Shown here piece by piece: positions 1 through 10,253 of a stretch of DNA of 35,001 bases. Under the pieces are notes generated by a model. The model was given only the letters and a program-made list of their open reading frames with translations. It had not been told where the DNA came from and did not search any database. Numbering within the stretch: position 1 is the first letter of the stretch; each line of letters starts with the position of its first letter. The DNA is from Promethearchaeota archaeon (GTDB lineage: Archaea > Asgardarchaeota > Lokiarchaeia > Sigyniarchaeales > SOKP01): NCBI GenBank assembly GCA_048940925.1, contig JBHLOC010000048.1:1-35001 (forward strand), read 5' to 3'. The position numbers and the translations under genes were made by a program.

Positions 1-1371
1 TATGGTTTAGAAAGAGAAGATACCGAATTAAAAATCTATGAACCTGAATTAAGAAATTATGTATTAGCTCTCGCAAGACCCTTAATACATGTTAATAACA
101 ACGAGTTATTTTTACCCAAAAGATTACCGGCATTTTTCTCTGATGTATTTGATATTGAAGATACACATTTAGAATTTTTTAAGGAAAAGAAAATTGAAAA
201 TCCTGTGAATTTGGGTAAAATTCGGTCAGGTTCGAAGATTTTAACAACAGAAGTAAATCTCGAGGCAACTGACGTTTTAAAGCATCATATTCTAATTCCT
301 GCTACTACTGGACGTGGAAAATCGAATTTAGTGAAGACTATAATGTATAATTTAATGGAAAATGATAATTGCGGTAAACTTATTTTTGATCCTCATAATG
401 AATATTATGGAATTGGTACACAAAAAGGATTGAAGGATCATTCTAAAGGTTCTAAATATATTGATTATTACACTATACGAACAATCTCTGGAAAACTTGA
501 TTTAAAATTCAATGTATGCTTAATAGAACCTGTTCATATATTGAGTAGCCTTGAGTTTTCAAATCCTCAAATAGAAGCAATAATAGGGTTTTATCGATTA
601 CACAGAGAAAGCTGGATTCAAGCAATTTTTAGTAATGATGAGGTGTCTTATCCTAGACCAGAAGGTCTCCACCTTAATACTTTAGATGTAATTCGGAGAA
701 GATTAGCGATACTATTAAACTTTAGTTTTGATGAAGATCATAATATTCTAGAAAATGGAATTTACACCTTAAATGGATATGAAACAACTGTCAATAATAT
801 AGTTGATTCATTAATAAAGGGGAAAACAGTTATTATTGATACTTCCTTATTTGAAGGAACTCATGAAATTTTCGTTGCCACAATTATAGTTGAAAACATA
901 TTTAATGAATATAAAAGATTAAAATTCAGAGATCAGTTAGAAGATAAGCCGGTTATAACAATTGTTTTAGAAGAAGCTCCGCGAGTGATAGGTAAAAAAG
1001 TATTAGAAACAAGAGATAATGTATTCGGAAAAATTGCTAGAGAAGGTAGGAAATTTAACATAGGATTAATTGGTATCACTCAATTACCAAGTTTAATAGA
1101 TAGAGAAATTTTAGCGAATATGAATACCAAAATAATTCTTGGAAATGAAATGGGACCTGAAAGAAGAACATTAATTGAAAGTTCTGCGCAAGACCTTTCA
1201 GATGACAGTCAAACAATTGCAAGCTTAGATATTGGAGAAGCAATAATTACTTCAAATTTTACCAAATTTGCAATTCCAATTAAGATACCCTTATTTGAGG
1301 ATCTATTAAATGATGCCACGTATAAATCTGGTGCTGATAAAAAAATAAAAAATGTATCTCCAGGTTTTTAA
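1..1371 (+). CDS. herA: HerA-family DNA double-strand-break repair helicase/ATPase (5' end outside window)
   Basis: Frame is open from base 1 ([21 protein letters not shown]...), so the GTG at 205 is internal. Walker [22 protein letters not shown], Walker [16 protein letters not shown] arginine finger and ITQLPS motifs. Directly upstream of mre11-rad50. Confidence 0.92.
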   Translation, partial: YGLEREDTELKIYEPELRNYVLALARPLIHVNNNELFLPKRLPAFFSDVFDIEDTHLEFFKEKKIENPVNLGKIRSGSKILTTEVNLEATDVLKHHILIPATTGRGKSNLVKTIMYNLMENDNCGKLIFDPHNEYYGIGTQKGLKDHSKGSKYIDYYTIRTISGKLDLKFNVCLIEPVHILSSLEFSNPQIEAIIGFYRLHRESWIQAIFSNDEVSYPRPEGLHLNTLDVIRRRLAILLNFSFDEDHNILENGIYTLNGYETTVNNIVDSLIKGKTVIIDTSLFEGTHEIFVATIIVENIFNEYKRLKFRDQLEDKPVITIVLEEAPRVIGKKVLETRDNVFGKIAREGRKFNIGLIGITQLPSLIDREILANMNTKIILGNEMGPERRTLIESSAQDLSDDSQTIASLDIGEAIITSNFTKFAIPIKIPLFEDLLNDATYKSGADKKIKNVSPGF

Positions 1372-1398
1372 CAAAATAAACAATCGAGAGAATTATAA

Positions 1399-2697
1399 AT
1401 GAAAATTAAATTTGCTCACATCTCGGACGTTCATTTAGGGGCGTGGCGTAATGAGCAGATAAATGAGTTGGGGTTTAGAGCATTTGAAAAAGCGGTAGAA
1501 TTTATTATTAATGAAAGCGTGGATTTTGTCATTATAAGTGGCGATTTATATGATGTTAGCAATCCCAGAGTAGAAGTTATTGATATAGCAACAAAAGAAC
1601 TAAAAAGATTGAAAGATCATCAAATCTCTGTTTATGGCATTATGGGATCTCATGATTTTTCACCTTCAGATAAATCAATGATTAGACCATTAATTAGCGC
1701 AGGACTCTTTACAGATCTTTCAAGCGGAAAATTTTCGGAAGATGGGAAGTTACAGTTAAACTTTTTTCAAGATCCAAAAACAAAAGTTAAATTGACAGGA
1801 TTAAGAGCTAGAAAACGTAGTCTTGAGATTAATGACTATAAAATTTTAGATAGAGAATCTTTGAAACATGAAAAAGGTCCAAAAGTATTCATATTACACA
1901 CTATGTTAAGTGAATTAAAACCTAAAGAGTATAAAGAAATGGAATCTGCTCCTAAATCCTTATTGCCTGAAGATTTTGATTATTATGCGGCGGGTCATCT
2001 TCATAAGACAGTACCAGAAAGGTTGAAAGATAATTCAGTTATTATAGAAATTACTAAGAAAAATAATATAGTTTATCCCGGATGTTTATTTCCTACAGAT
2101 TTCAGAGAATTTGAATCAATAAAATTTGGTGGATTCTGCATAATAACTGGTGAAATTAATGGCGATAAATTAGAGTTGAAAATTAAATACCACCCAATTA
2201 AAGTGATTGGTGTCGAAAATATTTTTATAGATTGTACTAATAAATCCGTAGATGAGGTTAATAAAAAATTAAAAAATCAAATCATTCAAAAAGATTTTAC
2301 AGATAAAATTGTAACTATTCGAATTTTTGGTCCTTTATCCTCAGGTAAATCATATGAAATAAAAAACAATGAAATAATTCAAAAATTTAAAGATAAAGGA
2401 GCCTATGAAGTCCTAATCAATAAAAGTGCTCTTTCTACCATGGAATATCCTTCCGTGAGTGTTAAGGTTGGAGAATCTAACGAAGAAATTGAAGATAATT
2501 TAATTAAAGAACATATAAATAAAATAAAAATAGGAGAGTTACAACCCCATGAAGTAGAAAAAAAAATACACCAATTATTGACAGTACTTGGAACAGAAAG
2601 GCATATAGGAACAAAAGTAATGGATTATAACATGTCTTTAAAACAATCATTTTCAAGTATATTTGAAATCGATAAATCTAAGGAGCGTAAAATATGA
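1399..2697 (+). CDS. mre11: Mre11/SbcD DNA repair nuclease
   Basis: Calcineurin-like phosphoesterase motifs DVHLG, SGDLYD, GSHD, LHT, GHLH, YPG. Its stop overlaps the rad50 start (ATGA). Confidence 0.93.
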   Translation: MKIKFAHISDVHLGAWRNEQINELGFRAFEKAVEFIINESVDFVIISGDLYDVSNPRVEVIDIATKELKRLKDHQISVYGIMGSHDFSPSDKSMIRPLISAGLFTDLSSGKFSEDGKLQLNFFQDPKTKVKLTGLRARKRSLEINDYKILDRESLKHEKGPKVFILHTMLSELKPKEYKEMESAPKSLLPEDFDYYAAGHLHKTVPERLKDNSVIIEITKKNNIVYPGCLFPTDFREFESIKFGGFCIITGEINGDKLELKIKYHPIKVIGVENIFIDCTNKSVDEVNKKLKNQIIQKDFTDKIVTIRIFGPLSSGKSYEIKNNEIIQKFKDKGAYEVLINKSALSTMEYPSVSVKVGESNEEIEDNLIKEHINKIKIGELQPHEVEKKIHQLLTVLGTERHIGTKVMDYNMSLKQSFSSIFEIDKSKERKI

Positions 2698-4778
2698 TCT
2701 TAAAATCCATTAAAATAGAAAACATCAGAAGCATCAGCAGTGGAACAATTGAGTTTCCTCCCTCAACAATGTTATTTTTTGGAGATGTAGGCAGTGGAAA
2801 GTCATCAGTATTAAAATCTATAGAATTTGCATTATTTGGAACTTTACTTCATGGAGATTTAAGGGGAGATTCTCTATTAAGAAGAGGAAGACGAAATGCT
2901 TCAGTTGAATTAGAATTTTTTATTGATGGTAAAAAATATGCAATTAAGCGCAATTTATCGAGAGATAAAAAAGGGAAGGTAACTCAAGATGAGTGCTTTT
3001 TTTCTGACTATGATAAAGGAGAAAAGGTGACTTATGCTCCCACAGATATGAGGAGAAAAATATTATCTCTGCTTTCTTATTCTATCTCTCGATATGAAAA
3101 AGCAAATAAGCTGCCCCTATTTCGATACACAGTATATACTCCTCAAGAACAATTAAAAGAAATAATTCAAGCAGATCCAAATGAACGGTTTGAAATACTT
3201 AAAGAAGTATTTGGTATTGAGAAGTATGAAACAGTTTTAAAAAACATTGAAACGATTAAAGATTTCCTTAATGATAAACTTAAAGTTTTAGAAATAAAGC
3301 TCGATCAGATTGGTGAACCCGAGGAGGAGATTATCCAAAAGGAAAAAGAGATTCAGAAGATCAAAGATTCAATCAATAATATCGAGAATGAAATTAGTCT
3401 AAAGGAGAAGGGAACTATTTCACAGGAAAAAGTAGTGGATAAAATACAAGAGGAATTTAATAGTTATTCTAAAAAATTAGTTAAAGTTGAAAACTATGAA
3501 TCTAATATTAATGAATATAAAACAAAATATACTAAAGTAAATTTAACACTTGAGAAAATAAGAAATGAAATTGTCGAAAAAGAGATTGAGATAAAAAACT
3601 TAAAAGAAATTAAGAGAACCTTTGAATTCAGTGAAGAACAGTTAGACATCCAATTAGAACAACTTCAAAATTTAAAAGCTCAAAATGAAAAAGAGCTAAC
3701 TCTTATTAATAAAAAACTTTTAGATATTGATACACTTTTGAAAGAAGGTAAATGTTCTTTATGTGGACAATCTATTCATGAGAAAGACAGATTCGAACAA
3801 GAATTTAATGAAGCTTCTTTAGATTTGAAAAAATTGAAAACAAAAATCAATGAAATCACTCATAAAATAAATGATAAAAAAGAAACACTCAAAGATTTGC
3901 GTGAATTTCAAAAAAATAAAAATAAAAAAGACTCAATAAAAGGAATAATAGAGGAAAAGCAGAAGAGAGAGAAAGATTTAGTATCTCTTGTAAAAGAACA
4001 ATTCAAGAAAATTAATGAGTATCAAGAAGAAATATTTGCTCTTTTATCGGAATATAGAATTAAAAATTTGCAAAAATTTAAAGATCTGGGGAAGGATATC
4101 AAGGGTAATTTAGATTTTGAAAAAAAGAAGTTAAGTGTATTGAAAGAAGAGAAAGAATCAATCAGTAATGAATTAAGTGCTCAAAAGAAAGGTATAGAAT
4201 TTTTACAAAAAGATTTAGTGAAATTAAAAGAGGATATTCAAAACAAAAAATTATTGAAAGATAATTTAATCTACTATTCTCAACTTAAGAACTGGGTAAG
4301 TGAACAATTTCCCATACTCATAAGAGACATTGAAAAAAAGATAATCTCTTCAAGTGCTCATCATTTTAATACTTATTTTAAAGAGTGGTTTCATGAATTA
4401 GTAGAAGATAAAAATATCGAAGTTGAAATTAGACCAGATGACTTTCAACCAATAGTCTATGTTAATGGGTATGAATCACCATTTAGAGATTTATCAGGAG
4501 GCGAAAAAAGTGGACTATCATTAGCATATCGATTAGCTTTAAATAAAATTATAAATGAGAGATATCAACAAGTAAAAACAAAAGATCTCTTGATATTAGA
4601 TGAACCTACTGATGGATTCAGCCAACAGCAAATTAATCGTATGCAATCTGTTTTTGAGAAATTAAATACCTCACAGATGATAATAATATCTCATGAGAGA
4701 AATTTAGATTCTTTTGTAACTGATATTTTCCACTTTAAAAAAGAGAATCATATAACTAAAGTTAATAAAGAAAGTTAA
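2694..4778 (+). CDS. rad50: Rad50/SbcC SMC-like ATPase
   Basis: Walker A GDVGSGKSS, Q-loop YTPQ, coiled coils with central Zn-hook CSLC, signature LSGGEK, Walker B/D-loop LILDEPTDGFS, H-loop IISHE. Confidence 0.95.
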   Translation: MILKSIKIENIRSISSGTIEFPPSTMLFFGDVGSGKSSVLKSIEFALFGTLLHGDLRGDSLLRRGRRNASVELEFFIDGKKYAIKRNLSRDKKGKVTQDECFFSDYDKGEKVTYAPTDMRRKILSLLSYSISRYEKANKLPLFRYTVYTPQEQLKEIIQADPNERFEILKEVFGIEKYETVLKNIETIKDFLNDKLKVLEIKLDQIGEPEEEIIQKEKEIQKIKDSINNIENEISLKEKGTISQEKVVDKIQEEFNSYSKKLVKVENYESNINEYKTKYTKVNLTLEKIRNEIVEKEIEIKNLKEIKRTFEFSEEQLDIQLEQLQNLKAQNEKELTLINKKLLDIDTLLKEGKCSLCGQSIHEKDRFEQEFNEASLDLKKLKTKINEITHKINDKKETLKDLREFQKNKNKKDSIKGIIEEKQKREKDLVSLVKEQFKKINEYQEEIFALLSEYRIKNLQKFKDLGKDIKGNLDFEKKKLSVLKEEKESISNELSAQKKGIEFLQKDLVKLKEDIQNKKLLKDNLIYYSQLKNWVSEQFPILIRDIEKKIISSSAHHFNTYFKEWFHELVEDKNIEVEIRPDDFQPIVYVNGYESPFRDLSGGEKSGLSLAYRLALNKIINERYQQVKTKDLLILDEPTDGFSQQQINRMQSVFEKLNTSQMIIISHERNLDSFVTDIFHFKKENHITKVNKES

Positions 4779-4953
4779 TATGTTCTGTAAAAAAGTTTAA
4801 ACTGAAAATAATAACTTCTCCTAATTTTTAATTAGTATCGAAATATCTTCAATATTAATTGGTTAATACGCTAATTTCAAATATCTTCATTTTGAACTTA
4901 ATAGAATCCTTACAATATAGAAAAAATAAAAAAAAAATGTTGGGAAAGAGAGT

Positions 4954-5148
4954 TTATAGGTCCCGTGCTTTTACGGTTTTTCTATTATTTCCTTTTGCTC
5001 GGCCTACAGCTTTATCAAGCATTCCCATAATGATTCCATTAAGGGCATCTCCATCAAGGACGCCACTACTTGTATTACATCCTTTACTTTTAATATATTC
5101 TCTTACCTTTGATTTAACAAACAATGGTTCCACGGCTTTTTTTGCCAT
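4954..5148 (-). CDS. Small histone-fold protein, alpha3-truncated type (face-to-face/bacterial-histone-like)
   Basis: 64 aa, basic. LFVKSKVREYIK helix 1, long helix 2 and C-terminal RKTVKARD histone motif, ending one residue after the Asp. GAGGA upstream of ATG and a T-run downstream on the minus strand. Confidence 0.88.
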   Translation of the reverse strand: MAKKAVEPLFVKSKVREYIKSKGCNTSSGVLDGDALNGIIMGMLDKAVGRAKGNNRKTVKARDL

Positions 5149-5200
5149 TTTTGATCTTCCTCTTTTTAAATTTTTTCAAGATTTGATTTAAATTGGGATT

Positions 5201-5224
5201 TAAAATTAATTTAAATTAATTTTA
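5201..5224. repeat. Perfect 24-bp A/T-only palindrome upstream of the histone gene
   Basis: TAAAATTAATTTAAATTAATTTTA equals its own reverse complement. Confidence 0.8.
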
Positions 5225-5566
5225 GTTAAGTATTTATTTTTCAACTGTATTATTAAATCTTTGTGATTTTCTCAGACTTTGCATAAATTCGCTTTTTTCG
5301 TTGGAAATTCGTGAAAATTGGTAAGTATTGATTTGAGTAAAAGAATTATTAAAATATTAATAACGCCTAAAAATGGAATTTAATTTTAAAAATCAAATAT
5401 GTTTTGGTTTAAATAATGAAATCTGAATAAGAATTCATAAAAAAAAGACTTAAGAATTATTGAGCTTATTTTTATATTTAATATCTTTATAATGCCTGAG
5501 TATATTAAGAAAAAAAAAGTAAAATTCTTGTTATTTAGCTTTAGCGAAGAGAAAACGTTCCTCTGT

Positions 5567-5845
5567 TTATTTTGGTGGAGCCAGTACTATTTCAATGCTA
5601 GAAACATTGTTATTTTGTCCATTTTCTCCTTCTAATTGTTCTGTGCTTAATTTGATGTCCTTATATTCTGTACCTTTTAAAAAGCGATTTCGTAAAATTT
5701 CACATACATCAACAGCATGAGAAATTGCTCTACCACGAGCCTTAACGGTACATTCCTCGCCTTTGTTAAGGATCATCATAGTGGCCATCACGTAATTCAT
5801 AGTTGGGCGACGACCAACAAAGACAGCATTTTCTTCTTTTGACAT
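5567..5845 (-). CDS. albA: DNA/RNA-binding chromatin protein Alba
   Basis: VFVGRRPTMNYV, KARGRAISHAVDV and VSSIEIVL Alba signatures; 92 aa; GAGGA upstream. Confidence 0.96.
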   Translation of the reverse strand: MSKEENAVFVGRRPTMNYVMATMMILNKGEECTVKARGRAISHAVDVCEILRNRFLKGTEYKDIKLSTEQLEGENGQNNNVSSIEIVLAPPK

Positions 5846-6124
5846 TTTAATTTCCTCTTTAGTTATTTAATTTTTGTTGTATTTCTAATCTTTTATATGC
5901 TTTTTTGTATTTGTGTATTGCGTATTGAAGTTTTTACGTAATTTGTGTAAAATTACTGTAATAACATTCTTTTGAAATTTAGGAAGTGTTTTAAATTTTA
6001 TTGTCTGATTAATATAATTTTGATAATATTGTATTACTTTCGCTAATTCATGGTTTTTAATATTTCCAAAAGAATTAGCAGATCTAAGGAAGCAATGATT
6101 CTTAGTAAGATTAGATTTAAATAA

Positions 6125-6182
6125 TTTTAAATAATATTAGATAATCTAAATTCATAACACACTTATTGTGGTGAAATCTATG
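6125..6182 (+). promoter_or_regulatory. Promoter/leader of first beta-helix gene (TATA-like TTTTAAATA, GGTGA SD); duplicated upstream of the second paralog
   Basis: TTTTAAATAATAT..ATAAT...AATT.ATAACACACTTA.TGT.GTGAAATCTATG aligns without gaps with 8210-8267. Confidence 0.6.
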
Positions 6183-8114
6183 AAAATAAAAAAGATTTTT
6201 GAGAAAAGAAGAGTAAAAACCTTAAGTTTTCTAATCATTCTATTTAGTGTATCTATCTCTTTACTAACTTATGGGTTTTTTCAAAATAATTTAAAATTAG
6301 TTGATACATCCAACAGTTTTAAAGAAGATTTTACAGAATTAAAAAGTTCTACTGTAGTTTCTCCGATCTATATAGATGATACTGTTCCTGGAAGTGATTG
6401 GGCATGGGCCGTTACACAAGCTTGGTGTACGGGTTCAGGATCTCCTGGAGATCCTTATCTGCTTCAAAATTTAGAAATAGATTGTGGGGGTGCAGATAAC
6501 GGCATAGTCATTGAAAATTCAGTAGCATACTTCACAATTCGAGACTGTACAATTTATAATTCAGGAAGTGGATATTACGGTATTTATCTCTATAATGTTA
6601 ATAACGGAAAAATAATAGGTAACAATTGTTCGAATAATTCTCTTGGAATTTGGATTGAGTATAGCTCTCACAATAGTATTGAAGGAAATACTATTTATAG
6701 TGATGGTACTGGAACTGGAATAGTCCTTTATTATTCATGTAACTACAATACAATTGATGGAAATTTTGTGGAAAATGGTTACCACGGGATTGGTTGTATT
6801 GAGAGTGATAGTAACACGATTTCGGGTAACACTCTTATTAAAAGTATAAATTTTGGAATTTGGTTCCTTTCAGATTGTGATTTTAATAATATTTCAGGAA
6901 ATATTGTCAGTGATAACACTGATCCTACTGATATTGGGGCGGAAGGAATTAGTATAGAATCTGGAAGTGATAATAACATTATCACAGGAAATACAGTCAA
7001 TAATAATGCAGAAAATGGAATTTACATAGAAAGTAGTGACTTTAATAATATTACTGCAAATGTTATTTATAGTAACAATGAGAGTGGTATTACTTTAGAT
7101 GGTGCTTGTTATACTATTACTATTTGTGATAATGAGATCTACGAAAATGAAATGAATGGAATCAATTTCGCAAATAGTGGGGATGACAAATGTTACGGGA
7201 ATGTAATACGAGATAATAGTGGTACAGGAATATATGTTAGTAGTTTGTCAGGTGATATGTTATTCTATGAAAATTTCTTCCATAGGAATGGAAAGCATGC
7301 AATCGATAATGGATTAAATAACGATTGGAATAGTACTTTAATCGGTAATTATTGGGATAACTATACTGGTTCAGATACAAGCCCAAAAGATGGAATTGGA
7401 GATGTTCCACATGATTTTGGCACAGGTATAGATTATTTACCTATTGTTGACAATGCAAATCCAATAGTCACAATTAATTCACCTAATCCGGATGATGCGT
7501 TTGATGATGCTCCAAGTTTTAGCCTAACAATCAATGAAGATTATCTATTTTATATGTGGTATACGCTTGATGGAGGCGTTAAAAATTATTTTACTGACTT
7601 TACTGGAATTATTGATCAAACTGCCTGGGATGCCTTACCTGATGGTAATATTACACTAACATTCTATGCGAATGATAAAGCTGAAAATGTAGGTTCTGCT
7701 GAAGTGAATGTATCTAAAGATACACAGGCTCCGATCATTGTTATCAATAAACCTACTTCTGATAAAAAAATTAGTAGTAATTTTGGTTTTGAATTAGATA
7801 TTACTGAACCTCACTTAGATACCATATGGTATTCTCTTGATGGCGGTGTTACCAACTTTACTGCTGAGACACCTACTGAAAAAATTACAAAAGCGGCATG
7901 GGCAACTGCAGCTAAAGGTGAGGTTACAGTTACATTCTATGCGAGTGACACCTTAGGACATATTGGCTCTGAATCGGTTACAATTAGAAAAGTAAGTCCA
8001 ACGATTGGTTTGGATTATGTCACAACGAGTATCCTGATATTGGCAATAAGCGGCATAGTAATTATCGCTATTATTTCTAAAATCCATTCTAAAAAGCGGA
8101 TAATTTCAAATTAA
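6180..8114 (+). CDS. Membrane-anchored surface protein: NosD/pectin-lyase-like right-handed beta-helix, two Ig-like repeats, C-terminal TM
   Basis: Basic plus hydrophobic N-terminus; repeated GIxL..S..N.I.GN units; GNYWDNY..D.DGIGDVP NosD-type end; two P.I.I..P...WY(T/S)LDGG...FYA.D repeats; TM plus KIHSKKR tail. ATG 6180 follows GGTGA by 5 nt (the track starts at GTG 6168). Confidence 0.85.
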   Translation: MKIKKIFEKRRVKTLSFLIILFSVSISLLTYGFFQNNLKLVDTSNSFKEDFTELKSSTVVSPIYIDDTVPGSDWAWAVTQAWCTGSGSPGDPYLLQNLEIDCGGADNGIVIENSVAYFTIRDCTIYNSGSGYYGIYLYNVNNGKIIGNNCSNNSLGIWIEYSSHNSIEGNTIYSDGTGTGIVLYYSCNYNTIDGNFVENGYHGIGCIESDSNTISGNTLIKSINFGIWFLSDCDFNNISGNIVSDNTDPTDIGAEGISIESGSDNNIITGNTVNNNAENGIYIESSDFNNITANVIYSNNESGITLDGACYTITICDNEIYENEMNGINFANSGDDKCYGNVIRDNSGTGIYVSSLSGDMLFYENFFHRNGKHAIDNGLNNDWNSTLIGNYWDNYTGSDTSPKDGIGDVPHDFGTGIDYLPIVDNANPIVTINSPNPDDAFDDAPSFSLTINEDYLFYMWYTLDGGVKNYFTDFTGIIDQTAWDALPDGNITLTFYANDKAENVGSAEVNVSKDTQAPIIVINKPTSDKKISSNFGFELDITEPHLDTIWYSLDGGVTNFTAETPTEKITKAAWATAAKGEVTVTFYASDTLGHIGSESVTIRKVSPTIGLDYVTTSILILAISGIVIIAIISKIHSKKRIISN

Positions 8115-8122
8115 AATCAAAT
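7389..8122 (+). repeat. Copy 1 of ~0.73-kb near-identical repeat (3' part of beta-helix genes)
   Basis: From GATGGAATTGGAGATGTTCC through the stop and TAAAATCAAAT it matches 9525-10261, with scattered substitutions and one 3-nt indel. Confidence 0.9.
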
Positions 8123-8132
8123 TAAAATTATA

Positions 8133-8148
8133 TTTTTTTTTAATTTTT
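8133..8148 (+). terminator. Oligo-T archaeal terminator
   Basis: T9 plus T5 runs about 20 nt after the stop of the first beta-helix gene. Confidence 0.5.
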
Positions 8149-8264
8149 ATTGTCTTTTTTGATTTACTTTTCTGTGTTAAATTTGAATAAATTATATTGT
8201 TCTAAATAGTTTTAAATAATATCAAATAATTTTAATTTATAACACACTTAGTGTTGTGAAATCT

Positions 8265-10253
8265 ATGTATAAAATTAAGATATTAGAAAAAAGGAAGTTA
8301 AAAGCCTTAGGATTTCTAATTATTCTAGTTGGTGTATCCACATTCGTACTATATTATGGCTTTTCTCAAAATAAATTAAAATTAGTTGAAAAAACCAACA
8401 TTAGCGAAGAGAATTTTAGTAAATTAAAAATTTCCACCGTTGTTTCTCCTATATCTATAGATGATAGTAATCCTAGTATAGATTGGGATTGGGCGGTGAC
8501 ACAGTCTTGGTGTACTGGTTCAGGAACTGCAAGTGATCCTTATCTACTCGAAAATTTAGAAATAGATGGACTTGGTGGTGATTGCATATCTATTCAAAAT
8601 TCTAATGCATATTTTATAATTCGAACTTGCACACTTTACAATGCAGGTACAGCTGTTTATTTATACAATGTTGCTAACGGGACAGTAATCGAGAATGATT
8701 GTTCTGATAATAGTGGTGGAGTATATGTGGAATATAGTTCTCATAATGAGGTTATAGGAAATGATTTATATGGGAATAGTATGGGAACAGGAATTAATTT
8801 ATTGTATAGTTCTAACAATATAGTTGAAGAGAACATTGTGGATAATAACTATCAAGGGATTCGTCTTGAAGGAGCAGATGATAATACGATTTTGGGGAAT
8901 GTTGCTAATAACAATTCAAATTTTGGAATTCTTTTGATATATAGTAGTGATAATAATATTATTAAGGGGAATATCCAAAAGCTTCAGAAGTATTATACTG
9001 GAATGTATTTAGTTGAAAGTGATTCTAACATTATCTCGGAAAACAGCGTATCTGATAACCCTTATAGTGGTATAGTTTTAGATGGTAGTTATGATAATCT
9101 TTTATCGGGCAATTCTATCTTTAATAATCAATTTGATGGTATCTTTATAGGATCGGATACTTCTTCAGGTTATAGTGATTCCAATAACATTACTCTAAAT
9201 ACTATATATAACAACACAGATAATGGAATTACGCTAGATGATGATTGCTGGTATAATATTATTTGGGATAACGATATTTATGATAATGGAATGAATGGTC
9301 TCAATTTCGCAAATTCATGGTATGACGATTGTTATGGGAATGTTATACGAGACAATATTGATATGGGAATATATGTTAGTACTTCGTCAGGTTATATCTC
9401 ATTCTATGAAAATTTCTTTCACAGGAATGGCAAACATGCAGTTGATGATGGATTTAATGACGATTGGAACAACACAGTAATAGGGAATTATTGGGATAAC
9501 TATACAGGTACAGATGGCAATAATGATGGAATTGGAGATGTTCCACATGATTTTGGCACAGGTATAGATTATTTACCTATTGTTGACAATGCAAATCCAA
9601 TAGTCACAATTAATTCACCTAATCCGAATGATGCGTTTGATAATGCTCCAAGTTTTAGCCTCACAATCAATGAAGATTATCTATTTTATATGTGGTATAC
9701 GCTTGATGGAGGCGTTAAAATTTACTTTACTGAATTTACTGGAACTATTGATCAAGTTGCGTGGGACGCCTTAGCTGATGGTAATATCACACTAACCTTC
9801 TATGCGAATGATAAAGCTGAAAATTCAGCAACTCCTGCTGAGGTGATTATATCCAAAGATACACAGGCTCCGATCATCGTTATCACTAAACCTACTCCTG
9901 ATAAAAAAATTAGTAGTAATTTTGGCTTTGAATTAGATATTACTGAACCTCACTTAGATGCCATATGGTATTCTCTTGATGGCGGTGTCACCAACTTTAC
10001 TGCTGAGACACCCACTGAAAAAATTACAAAAGCGGCATGGGCAACTGCAGCAAAAGGTGAGGTCACAGTCACATTCTATGCGAGTGACACCTTAGGACAC
10101 ATTGGCTCTGAATCTGTTACAATTAGAAAAGTAAGTCCAACGATTGGTTTGGATTATGTCACAACGAGTATCCTTATATTGGCAATAAGTGGAGTAGCAA
10201 TTATCGCTATTATTTCTAAAATCCATTCTAAAAAGCGGATAATTTCAAATTAA
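8265..10253 (+). CDS. Membrane-anchored NosD-like beta-helix surface protein, tandem paralog
   Basis: Same architecture as 6180-8114, with a slightly longer beta-helix. ATG 8265 is at the homologous position (the track starts at GTG 8256). Confidence 0.85.
   Translation: MYKIKILEKRKLKALGFLIILVGVSTFVLYYGFSQNKLKLVEKTNISEENFSKLKISTVVSPISIDDSNPSIDWDWAVTQSWCTGSGTASDPYLLENLEIDGLGGDCISIQNSNAYFIIRTCTLYNAGTAVYLYNVANGTVIENDCSDNSGGVYVEYSSHNEVIGNDLYGNSMGTGINLLYSSNNIVEENIVDNNYQGIRLEGADDNTILGNVANNNSNFGILLIYSSDNNIIKGNIQKLQKYYTGMYLVESDSNIISENSVSDNPYSGIVLDGSYDNLLSGNSIFNNQFDGIFIGSDTSSGYSDSNNITLNTIYNNTDNGITLDDDCWYNIIWDNDIYDNGMNGLNFANSWYDDCYGNVIRDNIDMGIYVSTSSGYISFYENFFHRNGKHAVDDGFNDDWNNTVIGNYWDNYTGTDGNNDGIGDVPHDFGTGIDYLPIVDNANPIVTINSPNPNDAFDNAPSFSLTINEDYLFYMWYTLDGGVKIYFTEFTGTIDQVAWDALADGNITLTFYANDKAENSATPAEVIISKDTQAPIIVITKPTPDKKISSNFGFELDITEPHLDAIWYSLDGGVTNFTAETPTEKITKAAWATAAKGEVTVTFYASDTLGHIGSESVTIRKVSPTIGLDYVTTSILILAISGVAIIAIISKIHSKKRIISN

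Noticed and set aside
1-1371. HerA as part of an anti-phage system (Sir2-HerA, Nezha and similar)
   Set aside because: The mre11-rad50 context indicates housekeeping DSB repair.
4859-5191. 110-aa plus-strand ORF
   Set aside because: Antisense shadow of the histone gene that runs through its A-rich terminator; no motifs.
5900-5930. GTATT short tandem units upstream of alba
   Set aside because: Three imperfect ~7-nt units, compatible with chance in low-complexity DNA.
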